From Polyangiales bacterium (lineage in GTDB: Bacteria > Myxococcota_A > Polyangia > Polyangiales > Polyangiaceae), in the NCBI GenBank assembly GCA_038231275.1, contig JBBRLQ010000001.1:64001-128000 (forward strand): a stretch of 64,000 nt of DNA, given 5' to 3'. A model generated the notes under the pieces. That model had not been told where the DNA came from. It ran no database searches and was given only the letters and a program-made list of their open reading frames with translations. The translations under genes were made by a program, and so were the position numbers. Below are positions 29,974 to 38,276 of the stretch, in pieces; position 1 is the stretch's first letter; each line of letters opens with the position of its first letter.

Positions 29974-30941
29974 AGCGCGCGCTCGCCGTCGCTGCGCTCG
30001 GCCTCGTCGCTGGCCTCGCTCATGCCGGGCCGCTGCCGCCGATGCCGGCACCTGGCGTCACGCCGGCATCTCCGGCGCTGGCGCTCGCCGCGCTCGATCG
30101 CAAGATCGCCGACGTCGACGCGGAGGAGACGCAGAACAAGCAGGAGCTCGCGGAGCTGGGTGGCAAGATCGCCGACTCCCACGGGCGCGTCCTCGTGCGC
30201 GGAAAGGCGTTTTACAAGCTGACGCGCGCCGGAATGCTGCCGCTCGGCGGCGGCTTCGACGCGCTCGTGTCGCACGCGATGCGCGTCGAGCGCGCGCGGC
30301 GATCGCTCGCCATCGACGTTCAATCGGAGAAGAAGCTCCGCGAGCGCGGCGGCGATCTCGCGCGCGCCCTCGAGCGCGTCGCGCGCGATCGTGTGGCCCT
30401 CGCCGGCCAGCGCACAGCCGTCGATGCCGCGCGCCTCGTCGCCGAGGACGACATGCGCCGCTCCCAAGCGTTCGATCGCGCATTCTCGGGCGGCGGCGTC
30501 GGGGACGGTTACGTCGCGGTCTACAGCGGCGCGTCGCCCGATCTCGCGTCGCCGGGCGGCGGATTCCAAGCGTCGAAGGGTCGCCTCCTCTTCCCGGTCC
30601 CTGGCCGCGCCGAAGCACGCCCCGGTCGCCGCGAAGGAACGGGCGGCCCCGGCCTCGAGATCCGCGCGCCGCTCGGCAGCCCGGTGCGCGCGGTCTTCGG
30701 CGGTCGCGTCGCGTTCGCCGATCGCTACGGTCCGTACGGACGCCTCGTGATCCTCGACCACGGCGACCACTACTACTCGGTGAGCGGCAACCTCGCGGGC
30801 ATCGACGTGAAGGTCGCCGCCGATGTCACCGCCGGCGAGCGCATCGGCACGGTCGGCGACGACGGTCACGGCGCGATGCTCTACTTCGAGGTCCGCCGCG
30901 GCACCGAGACGATCGCACCGGGCCCCTGGCTCGGGCTCTAG
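29970..30941 (+). CDS. envC: EnvC-like murein hydrolase activator (coiled coil + degenerate M23)
   Basis: Signal peptide, coiled coil and LytM domain lacking Zn ligands (GLEI, SVSGNL, LYFEVR); follows ftsEX. Confidence 0.8.
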   Translation: MKRALAVAALGLVAGLAHAGPLPPMPAPGVTPASPALALAALDRKIADVDAEETQNKQELAELGGKIADSHGRVLVRGKAFYKLTRAGMLPLGGGFDALVSHAMRVERARRSLAIDVQSEKKLRERGGDLARALERVARDRVALAGQRTAVDAARLVAEDDMRRSQAFDRAFSGGGVGDGYVAVYSGASPDLASPGGGFQASKGRLLFPVPGRAEARPGRREGTGGPGLEIRAPLGSPVRAVFGGRVAFADRYGPYGRLVILDHGDHYYSVSGNLAGIDVKVAADVTAGERIGTVGDDGHGAMLYFEVRRGTETIAPGPWLGL

Positions 30942-30958
30942 ACGAGTAAGATGGGAGC

Positions 30959-31540
30959 ATGCGACTTCCATGGCCGGGACTCCTGCTCGTGGGGGCGACC
31001 GCGGCGTGCGCCGCCGTCCTCGGGCTCGACGCGGGGTCGCCGGCCGACGGCGATGCGACGCAGGACGGTGCGATTCGCGAAGACGCCTCGGTCGATGCCG
31101 GCTCCGACGGAGCGATCCCGAGCGACGCCGAGGGCGCGGACGGATCGGTCCAGGGCGACGCCGGCTCGGACGTCGCCGCCGATCACGCGAGCGACGTCGG
31201 CCCGCCGCCGCCACGCCAAGAACCGGGGATCGTGTGTGGCGCCGCGACGTGCGTGCCCGGCACGACCAAGTGCACGCGATGCGGTGACGCGGGACCGCAA
31301 TGCGCCGGGTGGAACAACCCGCTGTCCGGCTGCGGCATCTTCTTGTGCGACGACACCGCCGACTGCGTGATCGGCTCCGCGTGCTGCGCCGCCTCGGCCC
31401 CGCCGCCCGATTTCGTCTCCGGTGCGAGCTGCCGTAGCGTTGGCTGCGGCAACGACCACATCCTCTGCGATCCGGGGAAGGACGACTGCAAGTTCCCTTC
31501 GACCTGCAAGCCTTACGGCGCGCTCTACGCGTGCCAGTGA
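30959..31540 (+). CDS. Cys-rich lipoprotein
   Basis: TAAC lipobox, DAG/DGA stalk and Cys-rich domain similar to 7525-8148. Confidence 0.7.
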   Translation: MRLPWPGLLLVGATAACAAVLGLDAGSPADGDATQDGAIREDASVDAGSDGAIPSDAEGADGSVQGDAGSDVAADHASDVGPPPPRQEPGIVCGAATCVPGTTKCTRCGDAGPQCAGWNNPLSGCGIFLCDDTADCVIGSACCAASAPPPDFVSGASCRSVGCGNDHILCDPGKDDCKFPSTCKPYGALYACQ

Positions 31541-31574
31541 TCCCCTGCGCGCCTCCGCGCCTGCCATAGGCGCG

Positions 31575-31904
31575 CTAGACGGCGACGCTGAGCTCGTGGA
31601 CGAGGGGCAAGCCGGCCTTGACCCACGCGCGCGTACCGCCGTTCAGGCTGTAGATCATGGTGTGGCCCAGCGACGCGGCGACGCGGGCCGCGGTCTGACT
31701 CCGTACGCCCGCCGCGCAGATGAAGACGACCTTGTCGCGCGGGATCGCGGTGTTCGGCGAAGCGCGGAGTTGCTCGAGCGGCACCAGGCGCGCGCCGGGG
31801 ATGTGGCCACCGGACCACTCCCTCGGATCGCGAACATCGACGACGTCGACCTCGCCGCTGGCCATGAGATCGTGCGCCTGATGGGGGGTGAGGGAGCGAA
31901 TCAC
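31575..31904 (-). CDS. Single-domain rhodanese (sulfurtransferase)
   Basis: VVDVRDPREWSGGHIPGA, active site CAAGVRS and LNGGTRAW. Confidence 0.92.
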   Translation of the reverse strand: MIRSLTPHQAHDLMASGEVDVVDVRDPREWSGGHIPGARLVPLEQLRASPNTAIPRDKVVFICAAGVRSQTAARVAASLGHTMIYSLNGGTRAWVKAGLPLVHELSVAV

Positions 31905-31910
31905 GTGTCT

Positions 31911-31938
31911 AGTATAACGGACACTTCTACTCTATCAA
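31911..31938 (-). promoter_or_regulatory. Sigma70-type promoter, probably leaderless, for rhodanese
   Basis: Minus strand: TTGATA-16 nt-TATACT-6 nt-GTG; no Shine-Dalgarno. Confidence 0.6.
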
Positions 31939-32058
31939 GCCCCCACGGGCGCGTGACGACTCGAATCTGTCACCGAATAACGCCAGAGATCGGCTAGTTG
32001 ACCGCTAGGAACGCTTTTGTTCGCGAAACCGTCGATTTCGCCACTATGACGGACTGCG

Positions 32059-33930
32059 TCAAATCCCGCGCGGAGGGCGGCCGAGCTGAAGGCGCTTCAG
32101 GGCGGCGGCGAGCGCGTCGATGTCATCCTTCGTGTTGTACGGGGCGAGCGACGCGCGGATGGTCGCCTCGAGCCCGAAGCGGCGCAGGATCGGCTGGGCG
32201 CAGTGATGACCAGAGCGCACCGCGATGCCCTCTTGATCGAGCGCGCCGCCGACGTCCTCGGTGCGCTGCCCGTCGAGCACGAACGACAAGACGCCGGCCT
32301 TCTCCGGAGCGGTCCCGATCATCGTGAGGCCCGGCACCTTCGCGAGCTGCTCTTCTCCATAGACCAGCAGCTCGTGCTCGTAGCGCTGGATGTTCGCCAT
32401 GCCGAGCGCCGTCACGTAGTCGATGGCCGCGCCGAGCCCCACCGCGTCGGCGATGTTGCCGGTGCCCGCCTCGAAGCGCCACGGCGGCCCCTGGTACGAC
32501 GTCTTCTCGAACGTCACGTCCGAGATCATGTTCCCGCCGCCCTGCCACGGAGGCATCGTCTCGAGGACGTCGCCCTTGCCGTAGAGGACCCCGATGCCGG
32601 TCGGCGCGAACACCTTGTGGCCCGAGAAGACGTAGAAGTCGCAGTCGAGCGCCTGCACATCGACGGGCATGTGCGAGACCGCCTGGGCGCCGTCGATGAG
32701 GACGCGCGCGCCGCGGCGGTGGGCCATCTGGACGATCTCGGCGACCGGGACGATCGTGCCGAGCGCGTTCGAGACCTGCGTCACGGAGACGAGGCGCGTG
32801 CGCGGTCCCAAGAGCTTATCGAGCTCGTCGAGCTTCACTTGCCCGCGATCGTCGACCGGCGCCACCTTGAGGCACGCGCCCTTGTCGGCGCAGAGCTGCT
32901 GCCACGGGACGATGTTCGCGTGGTGCTCGAGCCACGTGATGACGATCTCGTCGCCCGGTCCCACGTTGCGACGACCCCAGCTCTGCGCGACGAGGTTGAT
33001 CGCCTCGGTGGCGCCGCGCACGAAGACGATGTCCTTCGCCGAGGGCGCGCCGAGGAAGCGCCGCGTCTTCTCCCGCGCGGCCTCGTACGCGTCGGTCGCG
33101 CGCGCGGCGAGCGTGTGCGCGGCGCGGTGGATGTTGGAGTTCTCGTGCTCGTAAAAATACGAAATGCGATCGATGACCGACTGCGGCTTCTGCGTCGTCG
33201 CCGCGTTGTCGAGCCACACGAGCGGGCGACCATGCACGCGCTCGCCAAGGATCGGAAAATCGCGCTTGATCGAAGCCGCGTCGAAGATGCCAGGACTCGT
33301 CGCGACGTCGGGCGCGAGCTTCGGATGAAAGTCGTACGGCGAGGTCGCCGGACCGTTCGCCGGAGTCGGAGTCGGAGTCGGAGTCGCGGTCGGAGTCGGA
33401 GTCGGAGTCGGGGTCGGAGTCGCGGTCGGAGTCGCGGTCGGAGTCGCGATCGGAGTCGGCGCGCCCGGCATCGCGAAGCTCGGCGTGTCGTTCGAGGTCG
33501 GCAGGGAGAGCGGCGGCGGCGCGCCCGGCAACCCCGCCAGCGCGAGAAAATACGGCGGCGAGTCCGCAGGAAGGTGCCCGCCCGCGAGTCCCACCGGCGT
33601 CGAGAACCCGAGGTGCTCCGACACCAGCGTCGGCACGGCGCGAAGATCGCTGTCCTTCGGGAGCGGCGTCGCGGCGAGCGGCGGCTGATGCATCACGCCC
33701 GGGATCGGCGGGAGCGACTGCCCTCCCGACACCCCGCCGCCGCCGACGTTCATCGCGCTCGGCCCTACGCGCGGCGGCACGATCGCGCCCGGTGTGTCGA
33801 CCGTCATCGGACCGGCGAGAGGGACGTTCGTGGGCGGCGTCGCCGACGGACCGCGCGAGAACATCTCGTTCGCCATCTTCGCGATCTCGCCCGCCATCGC
33901 GGCGAGATCGGCGTCACTACTTGTCGTCAT
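32059..33930 (-). CDS. Family 2A encapsulin cargo cysteine desulfurase (SufS-type) with long disordered N-terminal loading domain
   Basis: WLDNAATTQKP, EHHANIVPW, FSGHK (PLP Lys) and RSGHHCAQP; about 210-aa Pro-rich N-extension beginning IAKMANEMFS; overlaps the shell gene by 14 nt. Confidence 0.93.
   Translation of the reverse strand: MTTSSDADLAAMAGEIAKMANEMFSRGPSATPPTNVPLAGPMTVDTPGAIVPPRVGPSAMNVGGGGVSGGQSLPPIPGVMHQPPLAATPLPKDSDLRAVPTLVSEHLGFSTPVGLAGGHLPADSPPYFLALAGLPGAPPPLSLPTSNDTPSFAMPGAPTPIATPTATPTATPTPTPTPTPTATPTPTPTPANGPATSPYDFHPKLAPDVATSPGIFDAASIKRDFPILGERVHGRPLVWLDNAATTQKPQSVIDRISYFYEHENSNIHRAAHTLAARATDAYEAAREKTRRFLGAPSAKDIVFVRGATEAINLVAQSWGRRNVGPGDEIVITWLEHHANIVPWQQLCADKGACLKVAPVDDRGQVKLDELDKLLGPRTRLVSVTQVSNALGTIVPVAEIVQMAHRRGARVLIDGAQAVSHMPVDVQALDCDFYVFSGHKVFAPTGIGVLYGKGDVLETMPPWQGGGNMISDVTFEKTSYQGPPWRFEAGTGNIADAVGLGAAIDYVTALGMANIQRYEHELLVYGEEQLAKVPGLTMIGTAPEKAGVLSFVLDGQRTEDVGGALDQEGIAVRSGHHCAQPILRRFGLEATIRASLAPYNTKDDIDALAAALKRLQLGRPPRGI
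33361..33459 (-). repeat. Coding hexamer repeat (ACTCCG/ACCGCG)n encoding a Pro-Thr/Ala-Thr linker
   Basis: Translates PTPIATPTATPTATPTPTPTPTPTATPTPTPTP. Confidence 0.9.
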
Positions 33931-34837
33931 GGTAACTGCCGACGTCGACGTTCTCGAGGACGGCGAGCGCGTCGTCCGTCAAGACCGCCGCCGAGCAGTA
34001 GAGCGACACCAAGTATTGCGCCGCGCCGCGCTGGTTGATGCCCATGTGGCGCACCGAGAGGCTGGGCCCCGCTTCGCCCGGAATTCCCGGCTGGAACAGC
34101 CCGACGACGCCGCGCTTCTTCTCGCCGGTGCGGAGGAGCATGATGTTCGTCTTGCCGCCGGTGACCTTGAGCTTGTCCGACGGGATGAGCGGAAGGCCGC
34201 GCCACGTGAGGAACGGCGAGCCGAAGAGCGAGACCGTGGGCGGCGGGACACCACGACGCGTGCACTCCCGCCCGAACGCCGCGATCGCCGCCGGGTGCGC
34301 GAGGAAGAACGCCGGCTCCTTCCACACCTTGGTGATGAGCTCGTCGAGATCGTCGGGCGTCGGCGGTCCCTTGCGTGTCGAGATGCGCTGCGACGGGATC
34401 GCGCTCGACAAGAGGCCGTAGTTCGCGTTGTTGACGAGCTCGCTCTCCTGGCGCTCCTTCACGATCTCGATGAGCACGGTCAGCTGCTCGCGGACTTGAT
34501 CCATCGGGCTGCGGTAGAGATCGGAGATGCGCGTCTGCACTTCGAGCGTCGTCGTCACGGTGCTCAGCGTGTACTCGCGCGGCTGCTCTTCGTAGTCGAC
34601 GAAGGCGCGCGGGAGCTCGTCGCCGTCGCTGGGGCTGCACTCGATGCCGACGCCCGCCTCGCCGCCTTCCTTCACGCGGTTCACGCGGTAGGTACCCGCT
34701 TCGATCGGCGTCCACGGCAAGAGGCTCACGAGCCATCGCGGCGTCGAGCCGATCCACTGCGGCGGGGTCTTCGTCGTGTTGGCGAGCTGGCGCGCGGCCT
34801 CGGCGCCGAGCGTGGGATGGACGGTCTCGTCGGTCAT
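33917..34837 (-). CDS. Family 2A encapsulin nanocompartment shell protein (SrpI/major membrane protein I type)
   Basis: AARQLANTTKTPPQ, TPRWL..LLPW, GTYRVNRV, FVDYEEQPREY, ISDLY..P.DQ.REQL, GPPTPDDLDEL..KVWKEP and FGRECTRRGVPP; 306 aa; no cNMP insertion. Confidence 0.93.
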   Translation of the reverse strand: MTDETVHPTLGAEAARQLANTTKTPPQWIGSTPRWLVSLLPWTPIEAGTYRVNRVKEGGEAGVGIECSPSDGDELPRAFVDYEEQPREYTLSTVTTTLEVQTRISDLYRSPMDQVREQLTVLIEIVKERQESELVNNANYGLLSSAIPSQRISTRKGPPTPDDLDELITKVWKEPAFFLAHPAAIAAFGRECTRRGVPPPTVSLFGSPFLTWRGLPLIPSDKLKVTGGKTNIMLLRTGEKKRGVVGLFQPGIPGEAGPSLSVRHMGINQRGAAQYLVSLYCSAAVLTDDALAVLENVDVGSYHDDK

Positions 34838-34844
34838 GCGCGGC

Positions 34845-34873
34845 ACTCTATCGAGGTGCCCTCGGGGGGACAA
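34845..34873 (-). promoter_or_regulatory. Sigma70-type promoter, probably leaderless, for the encapsulin operon
   Basis: Minus strand: TTGTCC-17 nt-TAGAGT-7 nt-ATG(34837). Confidence 0.55.
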
Positions 34874-34904
34874 TGCTCAGCTTTCGGCGTACCACGCTCG
34901 TAGT

Positions 34905-36104
34905 ATGAGCTTCCGCACGCGCCCTGCCCTCGCCGCCGCCGTTTCCATTCTCTTGTGCGGCGTCGCCGTCACCGGCTGCGGCGTCTTCCGGCAGCTCGCC
35001 GGCACCAACACCGTCGATCTCGAGAAAGCGGAGGTCCGCTCGATGAGCGTCGACGTCCGCAAGGCGCAGAAAACGATTTGCCCGCGCGAGGACGTGCAGA
35101 TGGCCGTCTTCGCCGAGATCGCGCTGGAAGGGGAAAAACAAGCCAAACCGTTCGAGACGTGGCAAGGCCGCGGCGGCGTCAACAAGAACGACAAGATCGA
35201 TTTCACCGAGTTCGCGTTCAACTCCGGCGAGGGCCAGGTCGATCCCGACGGCTGGTTCAAGCCGAACCCCAACGTGCTCGCCACCGTCGGCAAAGAGTTC
35301 TCGATCAAGACCGTTTACAAGCGGCGACCCGACAAATTCAGCTTCACCACGACCTACAAGCCGGACTACGCGTGCATCAAGGCGGCAGGGAAGCGCGGCG
35401 GATCCGGATCGTCGGGCGGCTCGGGCCCGTCCGGGAAATCCGGCGCGCAAGGGCAGAGCGGCTCGGACAAGAGCGCGGGCGGGCCCGGCGGCGACGGCGG
35501 CAACGGCGGACCGGGCGGCAACGGCACGAGTGGACAGCCCGGCCCGAAGCTCGTCGTCGCCGCGACGCTCGTGAAGACCGCGTTCTACGACAAGCTCGTC
35601 GCGCTCCGCATCGTCGGGGACATGGACGATCTGCTCCTCGTGCCGATCGATCACCCGATCGTCCTCAGCGCGGGCGGTGGAGCAGGCGGCAGCGGCGGCA
35701 ATGGCGGATCAGGCGGATCAGGCGGTCGCGGCGGCGGCGGAAATCCTGGCGGGCAAGGCGGCAACGGTGGCGCGGGCGGCAACGGCGGCGGCGGCGGCAA
35801 CGGCGGGCCCGGCGGCTCGATCGAGCTCGTGTTCGACGCGCGCTTCCCGGAGATCGCGCGCGCGATCAAGATGGACGTCGGCGGCGGGCCTGCGGGAATG
35901 GCGGGCGGCCCTGGCTCGGCCGGCTCTGCGGGGTCTGGCGGGTTCTCGCAAGGTCAAGGCGCGCAAAGCGGACGCGACGGCGCGGCGGGTACGGCCGGCT
36001 CGGGTGGTCAATCGGGACAGCCCGGCCCCGAAGGTCGCGCGAGCGCGAAGGCCGGCGTCGTCCAAGACAAGATCGGCAACCTTCCCGGGATCACCGCGCT
36101 GTGA
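34905..36104 (+). CDS. Gly-rich (G-x-y / GGx repeat, collagen-like) lipoprotein
   Basis: VTGC lipobox, about 140-aa globular domain, then three Gly-triplet tracts separated by short beta segments. Confidence 0.8.
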   Translation: MSFRTRPALAAAVSILLCGVAVTGCGVFRQLAGTNTVDLEKAEVRSMSVDVRKAQKTICPREDVQMAVFAEIALEGEKQAKPFETWQGRGGVNKNDKIDFTEFAFNSGEGQVDPDGWFKPNPNVLATVGKEFSIKTVYKRRPDKFSFTTTYKPDYACIKAAGKRGGSGSSGGSGPSGKSGAQGQSGSDKSAGGPGGDGGNGGPGGNGTSGQPGPKLVVAATLVKTAFYDKLVALRIVGDMDDLLLVPIDHPIVLSAGGGAGGSGGNGGSGGSGGRGGGGNPGGQGGNGGAGGNGGGGGNGGPGGSIELVFDARFPEIARAIKMDVGGGPAGMAGGPGSAGSAGSGGFSQGQGAQSGRDGAAGTAGSGGQSGQPGPEGRASAKAGVVQDKIGNLPGITAL

Positions 36105-37468
36105 CTCGCATCCTCGTCCCGCGACGCGCCTTCGCGCTGGGCCTCGTCACGCTGCCGGTTCTGCCGCTCGCGTGCGCGTCCAAGCCCGCCGAAGCGCCGC
36201 TCGCGCATTTGTACGGCAAGGAGTGGGTGCACGGCTCGTACGAGCTCTACGCCGGGAAATACGCGGGCGTGCAGACCGGCGCGAAGGACGGCGCCGAGAA
36301 CGCGTACAAAGTCCTCGCGCAAAAGGGCGTCGTCGCCCTCGACGCGCTCCAGTCGCGCGACGTTCCGTTCTTCATGCGCGTCGCGCCCGACGCCACGACC
36401 TTCGCGATCGAACGAAAGGTCCCCGAGCGCCTCACCTTCACCGCCGACATGAGCGAGGCGGATCGCACCGCCGCGACCGCCGCCTGGAAAAAGGCGCGCG
36501 AGTTCATCCACACCGACTACGAAGAGATCCGCCGCCTCAACTGGGCGCTCACGCAGCTGCTCCAGCAAACGCAGCGAATCCGCACGGCGATCGAAGAAGG
36601 GCGCACCGAGCAGTACCGCCTCGTGCAGCAAATCACCGAGCTCGACAAGGGCGGCGATCTGCCGTTCCAGCTCCCGTTCCAAGTGACGCGCAAGGACTAC
36701 ACGGGCAACGTCGTGCTCCTCCTCGAGCGCCTGGAGGACGATCGCAAGAAGCTCGAGACGATGGAAGCGTCGATCGTCACCGTCGGCCTCACCGCGCGCG
36801 CGACGGACGCCGGAAGCGCGACGCTCGCGGCCGGCATCGACAAGGTGCTCCTCGCCGTCATCGAAGACGCGGACGCGACGCAGCCACGTCCGAGCGCGTA
36901 TCCGCCCACCGACGACGAGCGCGCGAAGCTCCTCGCGGAGGGGCGCCGCCTCTACGACGAGATCGGCAAGAGCGAGCCCTACAAGAAATGGGTGAAGCTC
37001 GAACAGACGAAGACGTTCGAGGCGATCGGCTCATTTTTGCCGCTCCTCGACGCGATGACGCATTTGCCGATTTCGAGCGTCTACCGTCAGGTCCTCGAGA
37101 TCTGGCGTGGCGACGCGGACTACCTCTCGTACGCAAAGATGATCCTCTCCGCCGTGCCGGGCGGAAAGGCGATCGTCAAGACGGTGAACGACGTCATCGA
37201 GATGACCGAGCGCGCGCGAAAAATCGCCGGCACGATGGAGGCGCTGCTCAAGGCGGGACCGCCTAGCCCCGAGGCGCTGGCGGCGCAGGCGAAGGGGATC
37301 GTGCTCAACACGGGGACCCAGTTCGCGCGCGATCGCGTGAAGAAACAGCTCGCGTACTTCCGCGAAAAATCCGAAATCGATCGCGTGCAGAAGCTCGTCG
37401 CGGACAGCCGCTTTGGAATGCTCCCGCTGCCGAACATTCCGATCCTCGGTCTCGGCCTCGGGCTCTGA
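36101..37468 (+). CDS. Hypothetical alpha-helical lipoprotein, probable Tat substrate
   Basis: GTGA overlap; N-terminus PRRAFAL + LPLAC lipobox; long amphipathic/coiled-coil helices. Confidence 0.75.
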   Translation: MTRILVPRRAFALGLVTLPVLPLACASKPAEAPLAHLYGKEWVHGSYELYAGKYAGVQTGAKDGAENAYKVLAQKGVVALDALQSRDVPFFMRVAPDATTFAIERKVPERLTFTADMSEADRTAATAAWKKAREFIHTDYEEIRRLNWALTQLLQQTQRIRTAIEEGRTEQYRLVQQITELDKGGDLPFQLPFQVTRKDYTGNVVLLLERLEDDRKKLETMEASIVTVGLTARATDAGSATLAAGIDKVLLAVIEDADATQPRPSAYPPTDDERAKLLAEGRRLYDEIGKSEPYKKWVKLEQTKTFEAIGSFLPLLDAMTHLPISSVYRQVLEIWRGDADYLSYAKMILSAVPGGKAIVKTVNDVIEMTERARKIAGTMEALLKAGPPSPEALAAQAKGIVLNTGTQFARDRVKKQLAYFREKSEIDRVQKLVADSRFGMLPLPNIPILGLGLGL

Positions 37469-37743
37469 CGTCGCAACGCAGCCGCGATCAGAGCGCCAGC
37501 GTGAGGGCCGCGGCGCCGCCCTCGCGAAAGGGAGTTTGTCGCACCTGAACGAGTCGTGCGACCCGGACCCCTCTTCGTCCGCGCCTCGTCCGCGTTCGCG
37601 GATTGATGGACGGCGGCACACGTGCCATGCGTCGCGCGGGCGCCGACCAAAGGCATCGGCGTGAGATCGGGCTTCGCCGCGCGCCTTCGGCAAGCCTCAC
37701 GCCGTGACTCCACCGCACATAGGCCCGCCGCGCGACGACTCCG

Positions 37744-38199
37744 TCAGAAGTGCGTTGCGGTGAACGTGCAGCTTCCGGAGCTCGGCACCGCGCACGATCC
37801 CGAGAGCGAGGTTCCTGCGATCGAGCCCGTGCAAGTGTGGACGAAGCCTGCGCCGTCCTTCCCCGCGTACGTGAACGTCGATCCCGTGACCGTCCCTTCG
37901 TAATCGATGGTCTCGTTGCAGAGGATGTGGAGCGCGCAGCCGTTCTGGGCCACCTCGCATTTGTTCGCTCCGCACATCCCGCCGTAAGCCCAGGTGCCGG
38001 CCATCGTCCCGCATGCGGTACTCGCTCCGGAGTCCGTGCCTGCGGCTCCGTCGTTCAGCGTGGCGGCGTCGCTCCCGCCTGCGGCGTCGCGGTCGTTCAC
38101 GACGGTCGGCCCGCCGTCGGGTGCAGGACCCGTCGTCGCGGTGCCCGACGAGCATGCGGCGCATGCGACGAGCAAGGACGAGAGCATCGGTCGGCGCAT
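37744..38199 (-). CDS. Small lipoprotein, hypothetical
   Basis: CAAC lipobox, DGG/DAA stalk and beta-rich Cys-bridged domain (AGTW...). Confidence 0.65.
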   Translation of the reverse strand: MRRPMLSSLLVACAACSSGTATTGPAPDGGPTVVNDRDAAGGSDAATLNDGAAGTDSGASTACGTMAGTWAYGGMCGANKCEVAQNGCALHILCNETIDYEGTVTGSTFTYAGKDGAGFVHTCTGSIAGTSLSGSCAVPSSGSCTFTATHF

Positions 38200-38276
38200 T
38201 GCCAACGTTCTACGCGCCACGGCGCGCCGACCTTCCTTTGCCAGATCGGTCGCCACTTCGCAGTATGTTCTCTCAC

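Noticed and set aside
29970..30941. M23 peptidase with missing Zn ligands as a novelty or pseudogene
   Set aside because: A degenerate LytM site is the normal state of EnvC downstream of ftsEX
33361..33459. Tandem repeats as a possible CRISPR array
   Set aside because: Hexamer coding microsatellite with no spacers and no cas genes
34955..37468. Apparent long or fusion ORFs (837 aa here; also 44614-46986, 57821-60157, 20628-21677)
   Set aside because: Only the 3' part is real; the Arg-rich 5' parts are off-frame readings of the upstream gene, and true starts overlap upstream stops
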